A DNA stretch of 64,000 bases from Candidatus Poribacteria bacterium (GTDB lineage: Bacteria > Poribacteria > WGA-4E > WGA-3G). The stretch is from the NCBI GenBank assembly GCA_965198235.1, contig OZ240248.1, positions 2,496,001 through 2,560,000 on the forward strand. The letters run 5' to 3'. This document shows positions 1 to 11,085 of the stretch, one piece after another. The translations under genes and the position numbers were made by a program. The notes beneath the pieces were generated by a model. The model was not told the DNA's origin and did no database searches. It saw only the letters and a list, made by a program, of their open reading frames with translations. Every line of letters begins with the position of its first letter. Within the stretch, counting starts at the first letter, position 1.

Positions 1-572
1 AGGATGACGACTATAACACCGAGCCGCATTGTCCCGTCTTCAGGCTGGGCAGGTAACAGGGGGAAATAGAAGAATAGGTCTAACCCGTAGTCTTTAAGCC
101 CTAAAAGGACCGCACCGAGTGTGCCCATAAGGGCACCGATGAGTGCACCTGAGAATCCTTGAAATCCTGATTCAAGTAGGAACAACCGAACCACGAATCC
201 GTCCAACGCCCCGAGACATTTCATCGTTCCAATCTCACGGAAACGTTCTGTGACCGCCATCAGCATTGAATTCGCAATACCGACGACACAGACAATCAGC
301 GACATTACAATCAACCAAATATCTTTTGTGGAAATGCCTTTTTCCGTTGTCTCTTCAAATGTGTTAATTGTCGATTGTCGTCCGCTCTCCTGTAACGCGA
401 GACCGATTTCATTATTTGTCCACACCGACACGAGAAATGCAATACCGAGTGTAATGCCCGCTGTTGTGATGACTGAGCGCCCAAAGCGAATTTTCAAACT
501 CTGAAAACTAATGCGTAGAGATTCTACAAAAGGGAGATCGATTTGTTCTTCAATTGGTGTTCTTTGCTGCAA
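1..572 (-). CDS. FtsX-like ABC transporter permease (runs off window start)
   Basis: Hand translation: TTG start after AAGGAG; ...GIANSMLMAVTERFREIGTMKCLGA... is the FtsX/MacB permease signature. Not in the ORF track. Confidence 0.85.
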   Translation of the reverse strand, partial: MQQRTPIEEQIDLPFVESLRISFQSLKIRFGRSVITTAGITLGIAFLVSVWTNNEIGLALQESGRQSTINTFEETTEKGISTKDIWLIVMSLIVCVVGIANSMLMAVTERFREIGTMKCLGALDGFVVRLFLLESGFQGFSGALIGALMGTLGAVLLGLKDYGLDLFFYFPLLPAQPEDGTMRLGVIVVI

Positions 573-698
573 ATGTCTATCTCCTTATCCTTGATTTGTA
601 TTTGTTTATGTATATTGTATCAAATTTACAATTTTAGGTCAAGTTTTTCGTGTATGTGGTTCAGAACTTTTCAGTTTTCTATTGATTGTTCGGAGTAA

Positions 699-830
699 AT
701 CGCGACAAGGAGGTCCCTTCTACAAGGGTTGTCAGCCGTCAGCCATCAGCGGTCAGTAAACGTCGCGAGCATAGGTCCCTCCTACAGTGGAATAGCAATC
801 AGGAGTCGGGATTCGGAGATCCCTCCTACA
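699..830. repeat. Cluster of three REP-like (GTAG-type) elements
   Basis: Three copies ending (g/a)tccct(c/t)ctaca; the reverse complement of the first resembles tgtaggagcgacctcctggtcgcgat at 15945-15970. Confidence 0.6.
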
Positions 831-914
831 GGGATGGATACCTCTGGTCCCTGGATTATACAGGATTGACTTTTCGATTTCTCGTTGCTATACTGGGTGT
901 GAGGCAGGTACAAA

Positions 915-1529
915 TTGATGCTCCAAAAATTTTTTTCTTTCCCACTATTATTGTTATCTGTCGGCATATTGTACTGGAGTACGCCGACTTTTTCACATGA
1001 TGCTTTCTATCCGCACCATCGCGAGGATTTTGAAAGCATAACCCGCCGTCGCGAGTTGCGAAGCACTGTTATCCTGAGTACCGCTGTTTTTCTTTGTGTC
1101 CTTGGGACGATAGTTTACGTCGCTTTACGAAAGAGCAAAGATGCTGATGACACAGACGAAAGCGATGCAAAAACGGCTCAGGAACGCTTGGCGGACGTTG
1201 CACACAGAGCGGCAAGTGCGGCGGAATATGTCCTCAACACGGAGGGGAATATTGCGAAAGCCGCCGAAACAGCCCTAACAACATACGCTGAGGCATCCGG
1301 TGTGACATGGCAACCGCGTTCTTATGGACGGAGTTATGCTGAATCAGTTCCGTACCAAATTCGGTGCAAAATTGGATCTGATATTGTCACGCTCAGCATC
1401 AATGCTGAAGTTATCCAATTAAGAGCAGAGCACAACTTTTCTAAATCAGGTTTCGGTTCGCAAGGAACGCCGGAAAGTGCAAGTGTTGTGCTAAGAATCG
1501 CAGGTGAGGAAAAGGAAGAAGGCGTTTAG
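915..1529 (+). CDS. Hypothetical membrane-anchored protein
   Basis: 204-aa ORF with signal-like N-terminus and one TM segment; no family recognised. Confidence 0.6.
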   Translation: MMLQKFFSFPLLLLSVGILYWSTPTFSHDAFYPHHREDFESITRRRELRSTVILSTAVFLCVLGTIVYVALRKSKDADDTDESDAKTAQERLADVAHRAASAAEYVLNTEGNIAKAAETALTTYAEASGVTWQPRSYGRSYAESVPYQIRCKIGSDIVTLSINAEVIQLRAEHNFSKSGFGSQGTPESASVVLRIAGEEKEEGV

Positions 1530-1549
1530 TGTGGGTAATAACCGGTAAA

Positions 1550-2302
1550 TTACGTACAGAGTCGGTTGATAAGCGACGCGCTGTAGCCTGCTCCGAAACC
1601 GTTATCGATATTCACAACTGTGACACCGGACGCGCAACTGTTTAGCATCCCTAATAGAGCGGCGAGCCCTCCGAAACTGGCACCGTAGCCGATACTCGTC
1701 GGCACCGCAATGACGGGGCAGTCCACCAATCCACCGACAACACTTGGGAGTGCGCCTTCCATGCCCGCGACGACGATGATAACCCGTGCGTTTAGGAGTT
1801 TCTCATGATTGCTCATGAGTCGGTGTAACCCTGCCACACCGACATCGTAAAGACGTTCCGGTTGGTTTCCCATTATCAGTGCGGTTTCGGCAGCTTCCTC
1901 GGCTACTGGTAAATCGGAGGTGCCTGCAGAAACGACGAGGATACCTGGAACGCCTCCCTCTTCCTCGGATCGCGAGACGGTGATCGTTCGTCCAAGTTCA
2001 TTATAGCGTGCTGCGGGTTGAACCTCTTTCACCGCTTTGTACATGTCAGGGGTGGCACGCGTTGCGAGGAGCGGATGCCCGGCAGCGAGGATACGTTCAC
2101 TAATCTGCTTGACCTGTTCTACCGTCTTTCCTTGACAGAAGATGACTTCGGGAAATCCGGTGCGAAGTTGACGATGGTGATCGATTTTTGAAAATCCCAA
2201 ATCTTCAAAAGGAAGTGTGCGGAGAGATTGCAGAGCATCATCCACTGCAATCTCTCCACCTTTAATCTGTTCAAGCAGGATTCTCAGCTTTTCAATTTCC
2301 AT
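1550..2302 (-). CDS. larB: Nickel pincer cofactor biosynthesis protein LarB (AIR carboxylase-like)
   Basis: [45 protein letters not shown] and VNIDNGFGA motifs. Confidence 0.92.
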   Translation of the reverse strand: MEIEKLRILLEQIKGGEIAVDDALQSLRTLPFEDLGFSKIDHHRQLRTGFPEVIFCQGKTVEQVKQISERILAAGHPLLATRATPDMYKAVKEVQPAARYNELGRTITVSRSEEEGGVPGILVVSAGTSDLPVAEEAAETALIMGNQPERLYDVGVAGLHRLMSNHEKLLNARVIIVVAGMEGALPSVVGGLVDCPVIAVPTSIGYGASFGGLAALLGMLNSCASGVTVVNIDNGFGAGYSASLINRLCT

Positions 2303-2402
2303 TCATTTAATAGCGTGGCACGTCTACTGATCACTGTACTTGTAGGTACGTACCTCAGTGTCCGAGACCTTTTATTTTCCTCCGCATACCGCGGAAGAAC
2401 GC

Positions 2403-2813
2403 TTAGGCTTCCTCGGTAGCCTTTTCATCGGTTTCTTCGGCGTTGTCCATACCCGGGATAGACCCAGCAATTTGGGTTCGGACATCCGCGGAAACTTTAC
2501 GTCCTGTTTCCACAGCACTTTTTACCTGCTCGCCAGCTTGTTGGAGGTGTTCTTTTCCAGTGTCTACAATGCTGTGGACGCTTTCTTTGCTCTGTTCCAT
2601 GATGGTCTGAACGCCTTGCCGCGCGCTGTCAGATGCTTGGTTCGCGATCTCAACCGTTCGGTTTTTGGCTTCAATCGAAGTGTCACGAATCTTCTGTCGG
2701 GTTTCCTTGCCGGAACTCGGGGCATAGAGCAGGCTGATAACCGCACCTGCCATGAAGCCGGTAAAAAAGGCGAAGACCACTGCGAGCCCGTTGTTCTGTT
2801 CATTATTACTCAT
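2403..2813 (-). CDS. YtxH domain protein
   Basis: GFMAGAVISLLYAPSSGKETR motif; start taken at MSNNEQ. Confidence 0.85.
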   Translation of the reverse strand: MSNNEQNNGLAVVFAFFTGFMAGAVISLLYAPSSGKETRQKIRDTSIEAKNRTVEIANQASDSARQGVQTIMEQSKESVHSIVDTGKEHLQQAGEQVKSAVETGRKVSADVRTQIAGSIPGMDNAEETDEKATEEA

Positions 2814-3055
2814 TTTTTTATCCTTTCTGTTACATTGAGATTGTTTTGGTGCAGCTTGCATATCTCCAAATTTGGAGTTGTTTTAGCGTAGCTTGCTGGA
2901 TCCAAAACACGTTGTTAAAGTTTACGAAAATCAGGGTGGAAAGTTTCAATTCTCGTGTTTATTTCTTGCTGGATTCTTTTTTATTGTGTCCTGTTACGAT
3001 TTGAATATTATACTGCTTTTTTAACGTAGGAAACTGACAAGTTCGCCGTATTTGA

Positions 3056-3613
3056 TTATTCGTTCGCCGCAGCGGATATTGGAACATCCTCTTCTGATTC
3101 GGACGGTTGTGTAGAGGCGAAACTATCCCATCCGGCTTTGATGCCTTGCCACAAACTTACGATATCAGCAAGTGAAACTGCTATCTGATTGCGGAAAAAT
3201 GCCGCTTGTTCAATCGTCTGACCAGAAAAACTGCTCACTTTTTGAACCACTTCATCAAGTTCTTGAATGCTTTGGTTCAGAACAATAGTCATTTCTTGGA
3301 TATTGTGCACGGTGGGTTGAATTTCGGACTCGCTAATCCCGTGTAAGGAAGCGGTCAACCCATTTAGATTTTGCAGCAGCTCCGGTAGTTCCTTGTTCAC
3401 CTCTTTCACCGTCCGATCCACGTCGGTAATCAATTCTCCGATCTCTTGATTAACGATGCTTTCGGTGGAGTTCAACGTATTTCGGATGCTGTTCAACGAG
3501 TTTCGGAGGCTACCGGCAGCGGCGCACAAATATCCCGCAAGAGCGGTAAGGGCAATTAGAAGGATCCCTAAACTGAATTTCCAAAAGAGTGAAGCAATTA
3601 AACTCCAATCCAT
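3056..3613 (-). CDS. DUF948/YtxG-like membrane-anchored coiled-coil protein
   Basis: N-terminal TM plus heptad-rich region; adjacent to the YtxH-like gene, as in the ytxGH arrangement. Confidence 0.6.
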   Translation of the reverse strand: MDWSLIASLFWKFSLGILLIALTALAGYLCAAAGSLRNSLNSIRNTLNSTESIVNQEIGELITDVDRTVKEVNKELPELLQNLNGLTASLHGISESEIQPTVHNIQEMTIVLNQSIQELDEVVQKVSSFSGQTIEQAAFFRNQIAVSLADIVSLWQGIKAGWDSFASTQPSESEEDVPISAAANE

Positions 3614-3701
3614 GACCTCTCCTTTGTGCGTTATAAGATACCGCTTCCGGTAAACGGTTTTTCACGCACACATCTGTCTCGCAGAAGGGGGTGTCTGCAA
3701 G

Positions 3702-6359
3702 CTAAGCTTTAAGTTGTTGTCCGACGATTTCGCTGGTTTTCGCAATTGCGGCGTTCACTTTGCTCGGATTCTTGCCGCCACCTTGTGCGAGTTCTGGGCG
3801 TCCCCCACCGCGACCGTCAGCCAGTTGGGTGAGTTCGGAGACGATTTTACCCGCATGCAAATCGCGGTTCTTCACCAAGTCTGATGTTACACCAACTACG
3901 AAGGCGACTTCGTTTCCTGACACGGCAGCAAGTGCAACGACACCAGATTCTAAACGGGTTTTGAGTTCATCAACAAGCCTCCGCAACCCGTTCCTATCCG
4001 CGTCTGTTACGAGTGATGCGACAACCCGCACGTTTTCGACAAGTGTCGCCCCTTCGACCAAGGTGCTGACGTTGGCGAGAGCGTGCTGGCTTTTGAGTTG
4101 TTGAAGTTGCTGTTCAAGGTCCCGTTGTTCCTGAAGCAGTCGTTCGATCCGTTCGGGCAGAGCGGTTTTGGGCGTTTTCAGCAGATTCGCCACATTGGTG
4201 AGAAGCGCGGTGTCTTCTTGAACCGTGGCTACCGCGGCAGTACCTGTCAGTGCTTCAACGCGTCGGACACCTGCAGCGATACTGCTTTCGCTCATCAGTT
4301 TCACAAAACCGAGTTCACCCGTTGCGTCAACGTGGGTGCCGCCGCAGAGTTCAACGCTATAGGTGCCAGCTTGCACAACGCGCACAATGTCGCCGTACTT
4401 ATCGCCGAAGAAGGCTAAAGCCCCTTTTGATTTCGCCTCATCTAACGGCATTTCATTGATAGACAACGCGTCATTTCCTCGAATTTTTTCGTTGATAAAT
4501 TCTTCAATGTCTCGCAATTGTTCTGGTGAAGCAGATTCGTAGTGTGAAAAGTCGAACCGCAATCTACCAGCTTCAACGAGCGAACCAGCTTGCGCGACGT
4601 GTGTTCCGAGTACTTCCCGCAACCCACTGTGTAAAAGATGTGTTGCTGTATGACTCACGGCGACAGCGTTTCGGCGTCCGCTATCTATTTGTGCTTGCAC
4701 CGAGGTATACGGCGTGATTTCACCCTCAAGTACCTTACACTTATGAACGACTAAGTCTGCTGAGGGTTTGAGTGTATCTTCTACAGCCAACCTCGCATTT
4801 CCACTCTCAATTGTGCCGACATCGCCGACTTGTCCACCCGATTCACCGTAAAAAGGAGTTCGGTTCAGCAGGACAAACACCTCATCTCCCTGTTGCGCGC
4901 TGGCTACGGATTCCGCGTCGGCGATTAAAGCGACGATTTCTGCATCGACGTTGTTTTGCGTGTAACCGACGAATTCCGTTTCGCCATGCTCTTTAAGGAC
5001 CTCTGCGTAAACAGAGATCTCTTCGTCTTTGGTGCCACCTCTGGCTTCCCATGCTGCCCGCCCACGCGAGCGTTGCTCCTCCATACTGTGTTCAAAGCCG
5101 ACATCGTCAACCCTGAACCCGCGCTCACGTGCGAGCATCTGGGTCAAATCCAGGGGAAAGCCGAAGGTATCGTACAACTCAAACGCACGCTTTCCATCAA
5201 TTTGTGTGCCGTTCTGATCCTTGAGCGTGTCAAATGAGCGATCGAGGAGTTCCAAACCGCGTTCGATTGTTTGATGAAACCGGTGCTCTTCACCCTGAAT
5301 CGTGCGAGTGATAAACTCATGGCGCGGCAGAACATCAGGAAATACATCGCCGAGCAATTCGATGACGTTATCAACAAGCCGGTAGATGAACGCTTCGTTC
5401 ATCTCTAATTTCTTGCCGTAAAGCACAGCCCGTCGCAAGATTCTGCGGATGACATAGCCTCGACCCTCGTTAGAGGGCATTACACCGTCGCCGATGGCAA
5501 AGGTCAAACACCGAATATGATCAGCAATAACTCGGTGTGGTAACCCGCGTTCATCATCGAAATACGCGGTGTCTGTCATATCAGCAATTGTTGTCAACAG
5601 CGGCGTAAACAGATCCGTCTTGTAGTTTGAGTCAACTCCTTGCAATATGGAGGTAATCCGCTCAAATCCCATGCCTGTATCTACGTGTGTTGCTGGCAAG
5701 GGTTCAAGCGTGCCGTTTTCGTTTCGGTTGTACTGAATGAACACCAGATTCCAGAATTCCCTGAAGCGATCGCTCGTATTAGGACCTGCGTCTGGGTCAT
5801 TTGCGGTTTCAGGATAGGCTTCTACGCCCATGTCAACAAAGAGTTCGCTACAAGGACCGCAGGGACCTGTCTCACCCATTTCCCAAAAGTTGTCCTTATC
5901 GCAACGACGGATACGCGAGAGCGGGAGGTCTGTCTCTTGGAGCCAGAGTTTTTCTGCTTCGTCGTCTTCGAGATAGATTGTCGCCCAGATACGTTCCTTT
6001 GGAATCTTCCAGAGTTCGGTTACCAGTTCCCATGCAAAGGCAATAGCTTCCTGCTTGTAATAATCACCGAATGACCAGTTTCCGAGCATCTCAAAGAAGG
6101 TATGGTGGCTTGGTGAGTAACCAACCTCTTCGAGATCGTTGTGTTTGCCACTGACTCGCAGACATTTTTGTGTGTCAACGGCGCGCGTGTACTCCCGCTG
6201 TCCGATACCGAGAAACACATCCTTGAATTGGTTCATACCTGCGTTGGTGAACAACAGCGTCGGGTCACCTGCTGGTATCAAGGACGCACTCGGCACGATA
6301 GCATGCCCGTGTTTGCGGAAGTATTCTAAGAAACTGGCTCTAATTTCATCTGATGTCAT
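3702..6359 (-). CDS. alaS: Alanine--tRNA ligase
   Basis: LLFTNAGMNQFK, HTFFEMLGNWSFGDY, HTATHLL, ELCGGTH and C-terminal DHHA1 GGGRPELAQGGG. Confidence 0.99.
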   Translation of the reverse strand: MTSDEIRASFLEYFRKHGHAIVPSASLIPAGDPTLLFTNAGMNQFKDVFLGIGQREYTRAVDTQKCLRVSGKHNDLEEVGYSPSHHTFFEMLGNWSFGDYYKQEAIAFAWELVTELWKIPKERIWATIYLEDDEAEKLWLQETDLPLSRIRRCDKDNFWEMGETGPCGPCSELFVDMGVEAYPETANDPDAGPNTSDRFREFWNLVFIQYNRNENGTLEPLPATHVDTGMGFERITSILQGVDSNYKTDLFTPLLTTIADMTDTAYFDDERGLPHRVIADHIRCLTFAIGDGVMPSNEGRGYVIRRILRRAVLYGKKLEMNEAFIYRLVDNVIELLGDVFPDVLPRHEFITRTIQGEEHRFHQTIERGLELLDRSFDTLKDQNGTQIDGKRAFELYDTFGFPLDLTQMLARERGFRVDDVGFEHSMEEQRSRGRAAWEARGGTKDEEISVYAEVLKEHGETEFVGYTQNNVDAEIVALIADAESVASAQQGDEVFVLLNRTPFYGESGGQVGDVGTIESGNARLAVEDTLKPSADLVVHKCKVLEGEITPYTSVQAQIDSGRRNAVAVSHTATHLLHSGLREVLGTHVAQAGSLVEAGRLRFDFSHYESASPEQLRDIEEFINEKIRGNDALSINEMPLDEAKSKGALAFFGDKYGDIVRVVQAGTYSVELCGGTHVDATGELGFVKLMSESSIAAGVRRVEALTGTAAVATVQEDTALLTNVANLLKTPKTALPERIERLLQEQRDLEQQLQQLKSQHALANVSTLVEGATLVENVRVVASLVTDADRNGLRRLVDELKTRLESGVVALAAVSGNEVAFVVGVTSDLVKNRDLHAGKIVSELTQLADGRGGGRPELAQGGGKNPSKVNAAIAKTSEIVGQQLKA

Positions 6360-6390
6360 GTTAGGCTCTCTCCTACGTTATCCTATTCCA

Positions 6391-6419
6391 ATTATAGTCT
6401 ATTCATACAGAGAAGTCAA
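6391..6419 (-). promoter_or_regulatory. Sigma70 promoter of alaS
   Basis: TTGACT-17 nt-TATAAT on the minus strand, about 30 nt upstream of the start. Confidence 0.75.
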
Positions 6420-6522
6420 GAGAAAACAGAAAACACATAACCGTACGTGTTTAGAGAAAAGTATCAACTGCCTCAACAACCCATGATTGCCCCAATGGGT
6501 CGATCATGGCAAGAGATTATAT

Positions 6523-7203
6523 TTAAAAAATCTGCTCGAGTACGTGTCGGACAGTTTCTGATCTGAACCCACGTCGTGCCAAAAACCCGTGTAATCGACG
6601 TTTGGCGACATGAATCGGCAACCCTTTATACTGCTTCGCCCGTTTTTGGGCAATCTGGAGGGCGACTTTCGTTTCGTCTTCAGTTTCTACTTTCGCTACA
6701 ACTTGTTCCGCTGTTTCTCGGTCGATGCCTTTGTTGATGAGTTCGTTCTTGAGCAGCGTTTTTCCACGCGGATTAGATTTTTGTCTACGAACTATCCAAT
6801 TCTCTGCAAACTTCCGGTCGCGAATATGCCCCGAATGAATCAACTCCTCAATAGATGTTTCAATGGCTTTGGTTGAGAAGCCTCCTCGCTCAAGTCGCTG
6901 TTCCAGCTCATTTTTAGTATAAATTTTGGGCTTTCCTGCGGGTCGAGGAGCCTCTGACCCTTCTGCTGTGATGTTATCTTTCTCTTCACGGAGTAATCTG
7001 AGCGCGTAGTTCTTCGCACGCATCACTTCATCAGCCGCAATTAACTTTTCGATGGTCTCGGCTTCAATTTCTAAACCGATACGCAATCCAAATTTTTCAA
7101 CCAAAGATGTATGAATCACAACAAATGGAGTGCCATTCAGAAAGAGTTGTTGATGTGAAGGCAATTCAGGTACTGCTTGAATACTGGTAATTTTCTGCTT
7201 CAT
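6523..7203 (-). CDS. recX: Regulatory protein RecX
   Basis: DRKFAENWI..RGKTLLKNELINKGID and RRLHGFLARRGF repeats. Confidence 0.88.
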   Translation of the reverse strand: MKQKITSIQAVPELPSHQQLFLNGTPFVVIHTSLVEKFGLRIGLEIEAETIEKLIAADEVMRAKNYALRLLREEKDNITAEGSEAPRPAGKPKIYTKNELEQRLERGGFSTKAIETSIEELIHSGHIRDRKFAENWIVRRQKSNPRGKTLLKNELINKGIDRETAEQVVAKVETEDETKVALQIAQKRAKQYKGLPIHVAKRRLHGFLARRGFRSETVRHVLEQIF

Positions 7204-7342
7204 GTTTGTTAGACACCTGCCCTGCACAGTATGTAGCGTAACAGTGAGCGCGAGGTTTAAGGAAAGTTGTTTGGCAACCCCTATTACAGAGACCTCGCGC
7301 TTTAATAGAATGTGTATTCGCTATGACAAAAGGCTATAGCGT

Positions 7343-7975
7343 TTATTCGCCACCGTTGCTACCTGCCCAGAGAGCACCACGTTGCAGGAGCGTTCCAAAC
7401 ATATCGTGCTGACACGCTGCAGCGTCATGACCGAGCGCGAGATAAAACACTTTGCCTTCGCCCCAATCCTTCGTCCATGCGACCGGCGCGGCGTTACCTT
7501 TCCATAACGCTGACGCAAGTATGTGATTCCGACGATCGTAATCGAGGATATACTGTTCATCCGTCACCACAAACTCGTCAAGTCCTTCTGTGATCTCATG
7601 TTCACTGTCGACAATGCTGACTTGATAGTCACGGTAGCGCGGATGTGTAACAAAATAACCGCCTACCATTGAGCGGTACTCTGGACACCCGCGGAACGAA
7701 TCTGCTGCCGAGTGTACACCGACATATCCTTTGCCTGAAGCGACGTGGTTGAGCAAACCGTTCTTCTGCGCGTCCGAAATCTCGCCAACTGTGTAATAGA
7801 AAACGATGAGATCGTACGGATCTAAATTCGGTGAAACGAGAGCATCCAAGTCTTCCTCGACTCTGGTAATCTCAAATGCATCTCCCTGTGAGAGCACCTT
7901 CACAATTTCATCACTACAGCCTTTCCAGTCATGGATTGCTCCGCCTGCAAAGACAAGTGTGTTAATTTTTGCCAT
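7343..7975 (-). CDS. ThuA-like (trehalose utilisation) domain protein
   Basis: GKGYVGVHSA, HEIT.GL, DEQY and GKVFYLALGH motifs. Confidence 0.85.
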   Translation of the reverse strand: MAKINTLVFAGGAIHDWKGCSDEIVKVLSQGDAFEITRVEEDLDALVSPNLDPYDLIVFYYTVGEISDAQKNGLLNHVASGKGYVGVHSAADSFRGCPEYRSMVGGYFVTHPRYRDYQVSIVDSEHEITEGLDEFVVTDEQYILDYDRRNHILASALWKGNAAPVAWTKDWGEGKVFYLALGHDAAACQHDMFGTLLQRGALWAGSNGGE

Positions 7976-8091
7976 GAGTTAGCCTCCTTGCTATGTAATA
8001 CTGCTATTATATCACGCGTGCAAAAATGCAATCAACTTTTTTTGGTATTTCGATTTTTGTTTATAGTGGCTGAAGGCTGCATGCTCCTAAT

Positions 8092-8120
8092 TTGCCTGAA
8101 GACCAGTCTTGTGATATAAT
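8092..8120 (+). promoter_or_regulatory. Sigma70 promoter of coaD
   Basis: TTGCCT-17 nt-TATAAT with extended -10 TG. Confidence 0.7.
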
Positions 8121-8188
8121 CATAAAGTGTGAGGAGAAGCCGCTATTTCGTTGGTCGTTGTCAGCAATTTTTACCAGAAGGTATCCAC

Positions 8189-8701
8189 ATGTCAAAAAAA
8201 ATCGCCATCTTCCCCGCGAGTTTTGATCCAGTTACCAATGGGCACGTCGACCTCATTGATCGCATTTGCACGCTTGGTGTCTTTGATGAACTCGTTGTTG
8301 CCATCGGTGTTAATCCCGCTAAACCGGCGCGTTTTACACTTGAGGAACGCACCGAGATGCTTAAGACTGTCATCGAACCGTATCCACAAGCCACGATTGA
8401 TGGCTATACTGGGTTGACGGTACATTACGCACAGACGCGCGGCGCGTGTGCTATCATCCGTGGGCTTCGCGAAATCTCTGATTTTGAGTGGGAATTCAAA
8501 ATGGCGCGGATGAATCAACAGATCGCTCCGGACATTGATACCCTCTTTATGATGGCAAATACACAGTATGCGCATATTAGTTCAACGCTCGTGATGGAGG
8601 TTGTGCAGATGGCACAGCGGAAAGTGAGCGAGGAGAAGTTACGGGAGATGGTGCCGGCAGTTGTGGTCGAATTTATTAAGCGGAAATTTGATGTGTTGTA
8701 A
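8189..8701 (+). CDS. coaD: Pantetheine-phosphate adenylyltransferase
   Basis: SFDPVTNGHVD, IIRGLR..SDFEWE and ISSTLV motifs. Confidence 0.95.
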   Translation: MSKKIAIFPASFDPVTNGHVDLIDRICTLGVFDELVVAIGVNPAKPARFTLEERTEMLKTVIEPYPQATIDGYTGLTVHYAQTRGACAIIRGLREISDFEWEFKMARMNQQIAPDIDTLFMMANTQYAHISSTLVMEVVQMAQRKVSEEKLREMVPAVVVEFIKRKFDVL

Positions 8702-8712
8702 ATGGTTGTCAG

Positions 8713-11046
8713 TTAAAACCGATTGTCCAAACTCAGACTCACATTGAAACCTGGGGCGTTTACACCCGTACCGTGTGGACGATACCGTCGATCAAGCAGG
8801 TTTTCGAGTGATAGCGTCAAGTGTGTGTAATCGAAGAGTTTAATCCCGCCACGAACGTTGAGGGTCCACCACCCTGGGGTCCCGGCATCTACTGCATAGC
8901 CATTGGAATCGAATTCAACTTCGGCTGGATCGCGTGTTTTTCCGGGCATCCGTGGGTCGCGGATATCGCTTCGGTTCATTCGTCTCTGTTCTGCTGCAGC
9001 ACGCACATAGAGGGTCGCCCAATACTGTGTATTCAACGGTTCCCACTGAACCCCAACGATCCCGTTCAATGGAGGCTCCCTACGAACACGTGCTTCCCAA
9101 GGCTTCTTCGGATCTGGTGCTTTGCCACCAATTTTGAGGACTTCCCCACGTATCACTGCTGCATTACCGTAGACCGACCAGACGGGGGCAATCGGGATCA
9201 ACCCAGCTAATTCAACTCCCTGAAACTGTGCTTCATCAACATTGTCAAAAACGAGTACGTCAATCCCCTCGTATTCTTTGATAAGATCTTTATGGAGTTG
9301 CGGTAGTGTTTCACCTTTGTATGCCTCTTGAACGGGTTTGCGCGCAACTAAACCGCTAACCCGGCTGTGGAATAGGGTTAGAGCACCACGGAAGTAGGAG
9401 TGCTTCGCCTTGAGACCGCTCTCAACTGTCCACGAAGTTTCCGGTCTAAGATCTGGACTCGGTGCTGTGACACCCTCATTGGTGACTTCCACCGCTGTTG
9501 TATCGTTCAACGAAGGCGCACGAAATGCTGTTCCAAAGGTGCTTACGAAGTTCAGGTACTCTGTCAAACCGACCACCACTCCGGCACTTCCGGTCAAACT
9601 GTTGTCGAATACATTGAACGCATCAAAAGCCTTATCTCGGATAGAGAGGTCTGCATTGGTCTGATAAAACGTAGCGCGTCCGCCGAGTGTGAGTTCGACA
9701 CGGTCGTGTACCCTAATTTCATCTTGAAGATACAGACTTGCATCCCAGAACTGAGAACCGTTAATGAAACGTCCAAGGTTTTCGTTAATATCTTCTTTGC
9801 CCGTTTTGATATCCGTTTTGACGGTACGACTCTGAATCATGTCCAAGTAGAATTCACCGCCGCCGACCAAGCGTTGTCGAGGCAGGATTGAACTGACCGC
9901 TTGCGCGCTTAAGCCGATGGTGTTAACCGTGTCATATCGCTGTCGTCGAGACGTTGCGTCCAGTTTCACCTCATTTCGTCCCTCTTTTTGGCGGTGATAA
10001 GAGGCTGTCAGACGGAACGAGTCGATACTTCCCTCTACTGGAGTTACTAAATAATTGGCATAGATGAGATCACGGTTTTGCGGCTCAAAAAAGAATTCAT
10101 CAAACTCCTGTGGTGCGATTTTATCGTAGCGCGGTGTTTGCGGCTGCTTCCACATCTGGTAGGCAACGTTGATCGTGCTTGTGTCGCTGAGTTGATACGC
10201 AATCTTTGCATCGGCATCGTAGGCTTTCCAACCCAGCGGACCTTCGGTGTCAATGAGCCATCTCTTAGGGATATTATCTTTTGACAGTTTACTGATCTCA
10301 TCATAGTCATAGAGCTTCACACCGCCTGGCATTTCGTTCACGATTTCAAATTTCCGGTTTTTGTAGTGAAGATCGTACCCGCTGCCAGGGTTCATATCCC
10401 CATAGAATCGCACGCCACCGCCAGCAATGAATCCAAATTGCCCCTTATTTCCTGTTACCTCCAACCGACCGAGTCGTTCCTGTGTAGCTGTCGTGTAGCG
10501 GGCAAAGAGTCGCGGGTGGACATCCCAAGTTTGCTGTGCTGGATTGAGTGGTACCGCTTTCGTAAAGAAACTAACGACACCCCCCATAGCACCGCTTCCA
10601 TATAGCATGGAGCTTGAACCAAGTAACACCTCTGCTCGATCTAAAATTTCTGGTCCGATGGTTGCCGTGTACTGATTTGGCCCTGAACGAAATGTTGAAT
10701 TGTTCAGACGGACCCAGTCGACTTGTATCAACGTCTGGTAACCCGTTAAGCCTCGGAGTAGCGGTGAGCCTTGTCCGACTGTCGTCTGCTGTGCGCTAAC
10801 GCCGACGACATCACGAAGTAGGTTGGACCCGTGCTCTGCGTTGGTCCGTTCCAATTGTTTTAGATTAAGAACAGTAATGGCGTTAGGCGTTTTGAAAGGC
10901 TCTTTCTCTGCACGCGTTGCTGTTACCGTGACCTCCTCCACTTCTGCAACATTTTCGTCGCAGTCCTTCTCGGCGTGCGCGTGGGGAATCCAACTCAATG
11001 ATAGACTTAGATTTATGATTAGAAAAAGATAAAGCGATTTTTGCAT
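8713..11046 (-). CDS. TonB-dependent receptor
   Basis: Signal peptide, TonB box EEVTVTATR, plug RG..YGSGAMGGV, ENLLDRRY and C-terminal Phe. Confidence 0.93.
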   Translation of the reverse strand: MQKSLYLFLIINLSLSLSWIPHAHAEKDCDENVAEVEEVTVTATRAEKEPFKTPNAITVLNLKQLERTNAEHGSNLLRDVVGVSAQQTTVGQGSPLLRGLTGYQTLIQVDWVRLNNSTFRSGPNQYTATIGPEILDRAEVLLGSSSMLYGSGAMGGVVSFFTKAVPLNPAQQTWDVHPRLFARYTTATQERLGRLEVTGNKGQFGFIAGGGVRFYGDMNPGSGYDLHYKNRKFEIVNEMPGGVKLYDYDEISKLSKDNIPKRWLIDTEGPLGWKAYDADAKIAYQLSDTSTINVAYQMWKQPQTPRYDKIAPQEFDEFFFEPQNRDLIYANYLVTPVEGSIDSFRLTASYHRQKEGRNEVKLDATSRRQRYDTVNTIGLSAQAVSSILPRQRLVGGGEFYLDMIQSRTVKTDIKTGKEDINENLGRFINGSQFWDASLYLQDEIRVHDRVELTLGGRATFYQTNADLSIRDKAFDAFNVFDNSLTGSAGVVVGLTEYLNFVSTFGTAFRAPSLNDTTAVEVTNEGVTAPSPDLRPETSWTVESGLKAKHSYFRGALTLFHSRVSGLVARKPVQEAYKGETLPQLHKDLIKEYEGIDVLVFDNVDEAQFQGVELAGLIPIAPVWSVYGNAAVIRGEVLKIGGKAPDPKKPWEARVRREPPLNGIVGVQWEPLNTQYWATLYVRAAAEQRRMNRSDIRDPRMPGKTRDPAEVEFDSNGYAVDAGTPGWWTLNVRGGIKLFDYTHLTLSLENLLDRRYRPHGTGVNAPGFNVSLSLDNRF

Positions 11047-11085
11047 GGTAGCGTCCTCCTGTGCTTTACTTCTTGCAAAACTTCT

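Noticed and set aside
699-830. CRISPR array
   Set aside because: Repeats are degenerate, unevenly spaced and only three, with no cas genes; they fit REPs better.
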